From a bacterium (GTDB lineage: Bacteria; Krumholzibacteriota; Krumholzibacteriia; LZORAL124-64-63): a stretch of DNA of 64,000 nucleotides. A program made the position numbers and the translations under genes. Of the stretch, positions 57,134-64,000 are shown piece after piece. Below the pieces are notes generated by a model. The model did not search any database. It was not told where the DNA came from and was given only the letters and a program-made list of their open reading frames with translations. The stretch's first letter is position 1. Every line of letters begins with the position of its first letter. The stretch covers positions 12,552 through 76,551 of the forward strand of contig PIVY01000002.1 of the NCBI GenBank assembly GCA_003353795.1. Reading direction: 5' to 3'.

Positions 57134-57936
57134 TGTCGGCCCATGCGAGCAAGCTCGCCGTCTACGCCCAGCCGGCCGCCCGCCACGGCCGCGGCGGATT
57201 CCTCTCCGGCAGCCTCGGCACGAGCCTGCTGATCTTCGGGGGTCTCGGTCTGTTGCTACTGGCCGTGGACCTGCCCGAGGTGGTCCGCAGTCCCCAGCGG
57301 GTCGCCCATCGCATCGCTTTCCACGCGCCGACGCCGGCACCGGCGCCGGTTCCCGACATCAAGCCGGTAGTGGCCGAGATCGTTCCGGATACCCGGCTCG
57401 CGCAACCCATCGACCGACCGGCAACCGTGCCGGTGATCGAAACGCCCGTGGTGGCTGCACCGGATCCCGAGCCGGTGCCCACCGCGCCGGCGCCTCGTCG
57501 CGTCTATGGCGTGCGCAAGGTCATGGCCCGCGGCCTCGGCAGCGGCAGCGGCGCCGGGTCGGTGGGCCTGGTGACCAGGCGCGGCAACGTGCTCGACGGC
57601 GTGGCCGACACTCTCACCGCCACCGCCGGCGACCTGCGCGGCGATCTGGCCGCCCTCAGCACCGTGGAGCGCGCGCCCGAGCCCGTGCACCAGGTGAAGC
57701 CGCGCTACAGCGAGGCGCTCATCGCCGCCCGCGCCGGCGGCGTGGTCACCGCCAAGCTACTCGTCGACGCCGAAGGATCGGTGGCCGACGTCGTGGTGCT
57801 CGAGCACATCGGCCACGATTCGGCCCAGCTCGCCGCCGACGCCTTCCGGCAATTCCGCTTTCACCCCGCACTGCGTCACGGTGAGGCCGTGGCGGTGTGG
57901 ATCGTCTATCGCATGCGTTTCGAGTTCCAGAAGTGA
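57133..57936 (+). CDS. tonB: TonB-family energy transducer.
   Basis: An ATGA overlap joins it to the upstream exbD. It has an N-terminal TM segment, a Pro/Ala-rich linker 'PTPAPAPVPDIKP' and a C-terminal TonB_C domain 'VKPRYSEALIAARAGGVVTAKLLVDAEGSV'. Confidence 0.8.
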   Translation: MSAHASKLAVYAQPAARHGRGGFLSGSLGTSLLIFGGLGLLLLAVDLPEVVRSPQRVAHRIAFHAPTPAPAPVPDIKPVVAEIVPDTRLAQPIDRPATVPVIETPVVAAPDPEPVPTAPAPRRVYGVRKVMARGLGSGSGAGSVGLVTRRGNVLDGVADTLTATAGDLRGDLAALSTVERAPEPVHQVKPRYSEALIAARAGGVVTAKLLVDAEGSVADVVVLEHIGHDSAQLAADAFRQFRFHPALRHGEAVAVWIVYRMRFEFQK

Positions 57937-57944
57937 GCCAGAAC

Positions 57945-60599
57945 ATGATGCTTCGCACCCTGATCCCCGTCGTGCTCCTGCTGGCCCTGCCTGCCATGGC
58001 GACCGCGCAGGACGATGCTCCCGAGATCCTCGAACCCGACGTGGCTCCCACGCTGAGCCACTTCGCCGAGGCCGTCTATCCACCGGTCGCCCTGCGCGAG
58101 GGACGCGAAGGCGCCGTGTTGCTGGAGATGCTGGTCCTGGAGACCGGCCGGGTCGACTCGGTGATCGTGGTCGACGGCCTCGCGCCTGACCTCGACGCCG
58201 CCGCCGCGGCCGCCGTCGCAGAGTTCGTCTTCACGCCGGCCGAGGCCGGCGGCGAGCCCGTACCCGTCTGGGTGCAGTTCGAGTACGTCTTCTCCATCAG
58301 CGAGCAGACCCGATTCATCGCCGAGTACGTCAACGTCCGTGGCCGGCTGCGCGAGATGGGCACTCGGGTGCCGCTGGCAGGCGCCATGGTGGTTGCCGCG
58401 TTTCCGGATTCGTTGGCGCGCCCGGCGCTGGACGTTCCCTGGGACGCGTACCTCGACCGCATCGGACACTTCGCCGGCCAGTACCTGGAGGAGGGCCGGC
58501 TCGTCGCCTTCACTGACGATGACGGGCGCTTCTCGTTCAAATCGCTGCCGCCCGGCGAGGTCGTGTTCTCCTTTCCCAACGCCGGCTACGAGGCTTTCCA
58601 GGAGACCGTCCTGATCGCGGCGGAAGAACTCGTGGAGGTGGATTCCTGGGCCCGCCGCAGCGCCTACAACGAGTACGAGGTCGTGGTCTACGGCCGCGGC
58701 GAGGAAACCGAAGTCTCGCGGCAGACCCTGTCGGTGACCGAGGTCGAGCGCATCGCCGGCTTCGGCGGTGACGTCATCAAGAGCATCCAGGCCCTGCCCG
58801 GCGTGGCTCGGCCCACCATGGAAAATCCCGCGGCCATCGTGATCCGCGGCAGCGGCAACTACGACACCCGCTTCTTCCTGGACGGCATCGACATCCCGTT
58901 GCTCTTCCACTACGGCGGCCTCAAGTCCACCTACAACTCGCTGTCACTGGGTAGCGTCGACATGTATCCCGGCGGCTTCGGCACCTCGTTCGGCAACGCC
59001 ATCGGCGGTGTGGTGGAGCTCAAGGGTCGGCCCGGTCGCAAGGATCGCTGGCGCACCGTGCTCGACGCCAGCATGCTCGACGCCAGCTTCCATACCGAGG
59101 GGCCCCTGGGCGACAAATTCTCCCTCACCCTCAGCGCCCGCCGCAGCTTCATCGGCGAAGTCATGGACGCCGCACTCTCGGGCAACGACGATTTCAACAT
59201 GGCCATGGCGCCCTACTACTGGGACGCGATCGGCCGGCTCGACTACGACCCGGCACCGGGCCACCACCTCTTCGCCACGGCCTTCGCGGTGAAGGACAAG
59301 ATGTCCATGGTGGTGGCCGACGCGCAGGAGGGCAGCGCCTCGGTCAACGCGGCCACCGACGAGGTCGCCATGGACATTCGCTTCAGCCGCTACATCCTCG
59401 GCTACGACGCGCGGCTGGGCGAGCGTGTCCAGAATACATTCCGCGCCGCCTACGGCCGTCAAAGCGAATCCGGCCACGTGTTCGGCCACTTCGACTGGGA
59501 GGGCGGGGGACCCTTGTGGCAGCTGCGCGACGAGCTGTCGGTGTCGTGGAATCCCTGGCTGGCCACCGTGGTGGGCGGCGAGTGGATCCGCACGCCGTAC
59601 ACCTATTCGGTGGCCGCCGAGGGCTGGCGTCGCAGCACCGTGGAGCAGACGTTCGGGCTGCAGGGCGTCTGGGCCAATCTCGAGCTGCGCCCCACCAAGA
59701 ATCTTCTGCTCATCCCGGGCGTCCGCTACGACTACTACGACCACCTCGACAAGGACGAGGTGTCCTACCGGTCGAGCGCCCGCTGGCGCTATCATCCCGA
59801 CCGCTCCTTCACCGCGTCCTACGGAACCTACAACCAGATGCCCGCTCCCTCCGGCCAGTCCACCGATCCGGTCTTCGGCAATCCCGACCTGCCGCCCACG
59901 CTGGCCCGCCACGCGACCCTGGGCCACGAGTGGCGCATCAACGACCGCCTCTCGCTCAAGGTGGAGGGCTACCACAACACCCAGGAACTGATCCCGTCGG
60001 AGACCGACAGCCTTGGCCTGAACTTCGCGCCCGACACCGACGCCCGCATGTACGGCTTCGAGTTCATGCTCCGCCACGAACCCAGCGAGCGTTTCTTCGG
60101 CTGGATCAGCTACAGCCTCGGTCGTAGCGAGCGCCAGTACTCGCGCCGACCCAGCACCTCGGTGACCGAGTGGGATCCGGCGGACTGGATCCTCTTCGAG
60201 ATGGACCAGACTCACCACGTCGAGGCCGTGGGCTCGTGGAACCTGGGACGGAACTGGAGCTTCGGCACCCGCATCCAGTACGTCAGCGGCGTGCCCGTGA
60301 CCCCGCTGCTCAGCTATTCCTCGGGTCTCTTCGAGTTCGACGCCGACTCCGGCGAGTACATCGAGGTGGGCGGCGAGTACCTGTCCGACCGTATGGAGCC
60401 GTACTTCCGCACCGACCTGCGTCTCGACAAGAAGTGGATCAACAAGCGCACCATCTGGACGGCGTATCTCGATCTGCAGAACGCGAACTACTTCGTCCAC
60501 AACAGCCCCGAGGGCTTCACCTACAACTACGATTACTCGGAGCGCGAGGAGTACGGCTGGATCTTCATGCCGTCTCTCGGGCTGCGCGTGGAATTCTAG
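57945..60599 (+). CDS. TonB-dependent receptor-like outer-membrane protein (Oar-like) with N-terminal TonB_C-like and CarboxypepD_reg-like domains.
   Basis: It has a signal peptide. 'AVYPPVALREGREGAVLLEMLVLETGRVDSVIVV' is a TonB_C-like motif. 'DDDGRFSFKSLPPGEVVF' is CarboxypepD_reg-like. The plug region is 'IQALPGVA...IVIRGSG...FLDGIDI'. The C-terminal beta-barrel ends in an aromatic residue (…RVEF). Confidence 0.75.
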   Translation: MMLRTLIPVVLLLALPAMATAQDDAPEILEPDVAPTLSHFAEAVYPPVALREGREGAVLLEMLVLETGRVDSVIVVDGLAPDLDAAAAAAVAEFVFTPAEAGGEPVPVWVQFEYVFSISEQTRFIAEYVNVRGRLREMGTRVPLAGAMVVAAFPDSLARPALDVPWDAYLDRIGHFAGQYLEEGRLVAFTDDDGRFSFKSLPPGEVVFSFPNAGYEAFQETVLIAAEELVEVDSWARRSAYNEYEVVVYGRGEETEVSRQTLSVTEVERIAGFGGDVIKSIQALPGVARPTMENPAAIVIRGSGNYDTRFFLDGIDIPLLFHYGGLKSTYNSLSLGSVDMYPGGFGTSFGNAIGGVVELKGRPGRKDRWRTVLDASMLDASFHTEGPLGDKFSLTLSARRSFIGEVMDAALSGNDDFNMAMAPYYWDAIGRLDYDPAPGHHLFATAFAVKDKMSMVVADAQEGSASVNAATDEVAMDIRFSRYILGYDARLGERVQNTFRAAYGRQSESGHVFGHFDWEGGGPLWQLRDELSVSWNPWLATVVGGEWIRTPYTYSVAAEGWRRSTVEQTFGLQGVWANLELRPTKNLLLIPGVRYDYYDHLDKDEVSYRSSARWRYHPDRSFTASYGTYNQMPAPSGQSTDPVFGNPDLPPTLARHATLGHEWRINDRLSLKVEGYHNTQELIPSETDSLGLNFAPDTDARMYGFEFMLRHEPSERFFGWISYSLGRSERQYSRRPSTSVTEWDPADWILFEMDQTHHVEAVGSWNLGRNWSFGTRIQYVSGVPVTPLLSYSSGLFEFDADSGEYIEVGGEYLSDRMEPYFRTDLRLDKKWINKRTIWTAYLDLQNANYFVHNSPEGFTYNYDYSEREEYGWIFMPSLGLRVEF

Positions 60600-60611
60600 G
60601 AGGCGCGAGCC

Positions 60612-61769
60612 ATGAAGACCCTGCTGACCGCGATCCTGCTCGTGTCCGCATTGCTGACCGGCTGCGGCGACGGCTTCCCCGGCCAGGAGATGAGCCTGGG
60701 CACCGAGGACAAGACCCGGCCCTACGCCGTCACCGTCGAGCCGCCCGAGGTGGCGCCCGGCGACACCGTGACCGTGCGCCTGCGGTACCAGGCGGCGCGA
60801 CCCAGCGACGTCGTGTCCACGTGGCGCGTGGCCCTCGACTACGCCACCGGTCCCTACGAGGCCGACGAGATCGAGCGTAGGCTGGTGCCGCTGCCCGACG
60901 TGGCGCCGCCGGTGGTCGACCAGTTCGGATTCATGACCCAGGTCTTCCAGTACGCGGTGCCCGATTCGGTGCCGCTGTGGTCGACCGCCATTGCCGACGT
61001 GATCACGGACCCGTCCATGCTCTACATCCTCGACCTCCTGGAGCCCGACGGCGTCGGCGAGCCGCCGCACAAGACCGAGGTGGACGCCTGGTTGCGCGGC
61101 CTCACTCCCGACGACCTCGCCGCCATGAACCCGCTCGAACGCACGGCCACCCAGCGCCTGGCCGACCTCTTCAGCTGCTCCATCCGGTTCCGCGTCACCC
61201 TTGACGCCAACACGTCGGTGGACGTGACCCGCAACCTCACCGTGCGGTACAGCAGTCGGCTGGGCAGCGACAACGTCAACGTCAACGCCGAGATTACGCG
61301 GTTCGAGATCGGCGTGATCCCGGCGCCCGACGTGGACATCTCCGATCTCGAGGAGTGGGAGGACCGGATCGTGTGGTACGCCTTTGATGGTACGTCGGAG
61401 AACGGCCTGCCCGAGGCGCGGGTGCCCAACGAGCCGGGTAATACCTACCTCGTAAGCGTGCGACAGGATCCGCAGCTATACACGTCGCCGTTCGAACTGG
61501 ACCAGACGCTCGAGGAGCAAGGTGACTACCGCTGGTACTTCCTGCGCCTCGACGCGCCCGAATCCGGCCACGATCTCTACGTGGACGAGGAGGGTGAGCC
61601 CACCGAGATGTTCATGCTGGACGAGGATGTCCGGATGCTGCTGCCGGGAGGCGACTCGAACTTCCGGCTGCTGTCGGTGGTGTACGACAAGCGGCCCGAG
61701 TGGATCCAGTACGCGGCCGTGCCCGGGGCTACCGTGACGGTGGGGGAGGTGGTGTTCGAGGCGCCCTGA
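60612..61769 (+). CDS. Hypothetical lipoprotein downstream of the receptor.
   Basis: An ATG at 60612 follows GGAGG. 'MKTLLTAILLVSALLTGC' is a lipobox. Confidence 0.55.
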   Translation: MKTLLTAILLVSALLTGCGDGFPGQEMSLGTEDKTRPYAVTVEPPEVAPGDTVTVRLRYQAARPSDVVSTWRVALDYATGPYEADEIERRLVPLPDVAPPVVDQFGFMTQVFQYAVPDSVPLWSTAIADVITDPSMLYILDLLEPDGVGEPPHKTEVDAWLRGLTPDDLAAMNPLERTATQRLADLFSCSIRFRVTLDANTSVDVTRNLTVRYSSRLGSDNVNVNAEITRFEIGVIPAPDVDISDLEEWEDRIVWYAFDGTSENGLPEARVPNEPGNTYLVSVRQDPQLYTSPFELDQTLEEQGDYRWYFLRLDAPESGHDLYVDEEGEPTEMFMLDEDVRMLLPGGDSNFRLLSVVYDKRPEWIQYAAVPGATVTVGEVVFEAP

Positions 61770-61796
61770 TTCCGGACGCCCCGATGATGTTCGGAA

Positions 61797-61830
61797 AGAG
61801 CCCCCGCCGGTCGGCGGGGGCTCTTCGTGC
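61797..61830. terminator. Strong GC hairpin acting as a bidirectional terminator between convergent genes.
   Basis: The sequence is AGAGCCCCCGCCGgtCGGCGGGGGCTCT, flanked by T-rich runs on both strands. Confidence 0.55.
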
Positions 61831-61846
61831 AATCGTCGGTCGCGGA

Positions 61847-63118
61847 TCAGTGGGCGATCTCGTAGCAGACGACCGCTGGCAACGCGGGCTCGCCGTCCTC
61901 GCCGCCGTAGGTGCTGCCGTCGCCGAACTGGGCGGCCAGGGATTCGAAGTAGCTCTCGATCACCAGGATGCGATCCGGTCCGGCCAGGACGATGCCCACC
62001 TCGCTGGCCCGGTGCGGCGCCTTCAGCGCCACCTGCTCGGCAAACTCGCCGCTCGGCTCGAACACGTCGTACACGGCCATCACGCCGGGCGCGTCGGGTC
62101 GCGCGCCACGGCCGCTGAGGACCCAGAGGCGTCCGTCGACAGCCACCTGGATGCCGCGGGCCAGGCTCATGACGGCGGCCTCCTGACGCTCCACCTCGAT
62201 GCGGACCTCCATGGGCATCCCGGTCATCGCCGTCTCGATCATGCCGTAGAGCGCCCGATACTCGCGATCGGTCCGTTGCAGCGGCTCGTAGTCCCGTTCG
62301 ATGACCCGGCTCACCGAGCCGTCCGGCGCGTGGACCGTGATTGCGTAGCGGTCGCGGTCGTGGACCGTGTAGACCGAGCCGTCGGCGCCGGCGGCGAAGC
62401 AGAACCAGAACGGGGGCAGGTGCTCGCGCTCATCGAAGACGAAGTCGTTGAAATCGTACTGGGAAAGGGCGCTCACGAAATGGGCCTTCAGCGTGCTGTC
62501 GGAGTCGTAGCTCTCGAGAAAGTTGTCGCGAAGACTGATACCCGGGCCGCCGTCGCTCTGGTGGGTTCCCGAGAGCACGACCCGATCGCCGGCGCCCTGG
62601 CAGGCGGTGAGACTGTGGGCGCCGCCGTCGGTGCCGCCGACCCTCAGACGCCCGGCCGGCAAGCCCTCGCCGTCGACCATCACCACCATGCCGGGAAACT
62701 CCTGGATCAGCCCCACGCGACCGTCGTCGAGCAACAGCATGTCGCGCGGCCGCCGTACCTCGCCCGGTCCCTCGCCCTCGCGGAACAGGGTGCGCACCAG
62801 CTCGCCGTCGGTGTCGTAGACGGAGACCTGGCAGAGCTGAGAGTCGAGGACGTAGGCATGGCCGCTAGCGTCGGCGGCGACGCGGGGGATGAGCCCGAAG
62901 AAAGCATCGTCGTCCTCGCCGCCCACGCGCCAGACTTCACGCAACTCCACGGTGCGCAGGCCGTCGCGGGATTCGGCGCCGTTGCGGACGTGGGGGACGC
63001 CGTCGATGATCGTCGTCTCGGCGGCCCTGGTAGGCTCGACGAGGCCGATGATTACGAGGTGGATGAGCAGCAGTCCGGCGAGCCATGCCGTCAACTGGGC
63101 GGAGACGCGGGGATTCAT
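61847..63118 (-). CDS. Secreted beta-propeller-like hypothetical protein.
   Basis: It has an N-terminal signal/TM segment 'LTAWLAGLLLIHLVII'. Repeated 'DG..Y' strand motifs suggest a 6-bladed beta-propeller (TolB/NHL-like). Confidence 0.5.
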   Translation of the reverse strand: MNPRVSAQLTAWLAGLLLIHLVIIGLVEPTRAAETTIIDGVPHVRNGAESRDGLRTVELREVWRVGGEDDDAFFGLIPRVAADASGHAYVLDSQLCQVSVYDTDGELVRTLFREGEGPGEVRRPRDMLLLDDGRVGLIQEFPGMVVMVDGEGLPAGRLRVGGTDGGAHSLTACQGAGDRVVLSGTHQSDGGPGISLRDNFLESYDSDSTLKAHFVSALSQYDFNDFVFDEREHLPPFWFCFAAGADGSVYTVHDRDRYAITVHAPDGSVSRVIERDYEPLQRTDREYRALYGMIETAMTGMPMEVRIEVERQEAAVMSLARGIQVAVDGRLWVLSGRGARPDAPGVMAVYDVFEPSGEFAEQVALKAPHRASEVGIVLAGPDRILVIESYFESLAAQFGDGSTYGGEDGEPALPAVVCYEIAH

Positions 63119-63188
63119 GGTGGGTCCTCTCTGCGGTCGGTCGGTGATGGAACATCACCGAGACGCACCGCCGCCATACCGGGTTGCA

Positions 63189-63503
63189 TCAGGTGAGGAG
63201 ACTGAGCAGCCAGAGCGCCGCCATCCCCGCCGCGAGCGTGGCGAAGATGCTCCGAGTGCGTACGGCGGTCACCGTCGCCAGCACTGCGGCCACGGGCCGA
63301 ATCCAGCTTGCCCAGTCCGCGGCTCCCGCGCCGGTGTCCGGCACCACCGCCGGCACGACCAGCGCCGCCAGCACCGCCGCCGGCACGAGCCGGAGGATCC
63401 GTTGCACGAGCAGCGGTACGTCTCCACGCACCAGGGCCAGGAACGAGAGCCGCAGCAAGAAGGTGCCGGCGCCGGCGACCAGCATGAGAGACCAGGGGGT
63501 CAT
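63189..63503 (-). CDS. azlD: AzlD-family branched-chain amino acid transport accessory protein.
   Basis: An ATG at 63503 overlaps the azlC stop as ATGA. It is a small hydrophobic protein of about 105 aa. Confidence 0.6.
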   Translation of the reverse strand: MTPWSLMLVAGAGTFLLRLSFLALVRGDVPLLVQRILRLVPAAVLAALVVPAVVPDTGAGAADWASWIRPVAAVLATVTAVRTRSIFATLAAGMAALWLLSLLT

Positions 63504-64000
63504 GCCGCCGACCTCCGGGATTCGGTCGCCTCGACCGCCCGGGTGCGGTTCTCGACCAGCAGCCCGACCGCAATGCCCACCACGGCCGCCACGATCAACC
63601 CGAGGTTCCAGGGCAGTCCGCGCCCCACGAGCGCCACGGCGCCTGCGACACCGGCGGTCACCAGGCTGGCGCGGTCGCTGACCAGCGGCACCAGCAACGC
63701 CAGGAACGCCAGCGGCACCGAGAAATCCAGATGCCACGACGCCGGCACCAGCGAGCCCACCAGCACGCCGACCACGGTGCCGGTCTGCCAGGTCAGCCAC
63801 AGCGAGATCGCGGCGCCGAAGTAGTACCACGGCAATCCGGCCGCGTCGGGGCGGCGCCGTTGCCGGGCCACGGTGACGGCGAAGGCCTGGTCGGTGATCA
63901 GGTAGGCAAGCACCGCCTTGATGCGAAGGGGCAGGTGCGACAGCCAGGGCGCCAGCACGGCGCTGTACATGACGAAGCGCAGGTTGATCACCAGGATGGT
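63500..64000 (-). CDS. azlC: AzlC-family membrane protein, 5'-truncated at the window end.
   Basis: It is hydrophobic and matches AzlC-family architecture, positioned upstream of azlD. The N-terminus lies beyond the window edge. Confidence 0.5.
   Translation of the reverse strand, partial: TILVINLRFVMYSAVLAPWLSHLPLRIKAVLAYLITDQAFAVTVARQRRRPDAAGLPWYYFGAAISLWLTWQTGTVVGVLVGSLVPASWHLDFSVPLAFLALLVPLVSDRASLVTAGVAGAVALVGRGLPWNLGLIVAAVVGIAVGLLVENRTRAVEATESRRSAA

Noticed and set aside
58944-61070. 708-aa ORF antisense to the TonB-dependent receptor.
   Set aside because: The receptor frame shows a signal peptide, plug and barrel features. The antisense ORF is Gly/Arg/Val low-complexity.
1-64000. Search for CRISPR arrays, tRNA/rRNA genes and IS or transposase genes.
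   Set aside because: No regularly spaced direct repeats, no cloverleaf-compatible GC-rich ~75-nt segments in intergenic gaps, and no transposase or integrase-like ORFs were seen by eye. The only strong repeats are intragenic FG-GAP-coding units.

Overview
This is a high-GC (about 68-70%), densely coding bacterial chromosomal segment. It is probably from an uncultured FCB-type or Gemmatimonadota-like organism; that guess rests on four secreted proteins sharing a Por_Secre_tail/FlgD-Ig-like C-terminal sorting domain and is low confidence. No rRNA, tRNA, CRISPR array or transposase was seen. The table's M at ORF starts often stands for GTG or TTG, and many table ORFs are antisense or alternate-frame shadows of real genes.

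Real genes recognised, in order:
- a 5'-truncated secreted protein with a C-terminal sorting tail;
- an NhaD-type antiporter followed by an unknown protein;
- a GT4 glycosyltransferase, a MarC-family protein and a small outer-membrane-like protein;
- two exported GHL10 paralogues, one translationally coupled to lipA;
- a dCache-type chemoreceptor;
- an sfsA/serine-hydrolase pair and an MBL-fold hydrolase;
- a methyltransferase, an FG-GAP protein, and DUF2461, lipoprotein and FGE-sulfatase-like genes;
- proS and arcA;
- a four-gene Tat/Fe-S redox operon (DUF362, NapH-like polyferredoxin, Tat-exported aldo-keto reductase with a C-terminal Fe-S domain, secreted unknown);
- a 1100-aa CRTAC1-like FG-GAP/ASPIC giant protein;
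- an operon of sigma factor, zinc-finger/TPR anti-sigma factor and a membrane-anchored TPR-CHAT protease, coupled by GTGA overlaps;
- a 13-kb supraoperon (detailed below);
- a coupled exbB-exbD-exbD-tonB locus followed by a TonB-dependent receptor carrying an N-terminal TonB_C-like domain, plus a lipoprotein;
- a beta-propeller protein;
- azlCD, running off the window end.

The supraoperon begins with a sigma70-like promoter, a Trp-codon leader peptide and an attenuator terminator. It runs trpE-G-D-C-F-B-A, then a type I-beta DAHP synthase, aroA, aroE, an aroK-aroB fusion, aroQ and aroC. Nearly every junction is a 4-nt ATGA/GTGA overlap.

The most interesting candidates are:
1. the sigma/anti-sigma/CHAT module;
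2. the Tat/Fe-S redox module;
3. the single attenuator that appears to control both tryptophan and the whole shikimate pathway.
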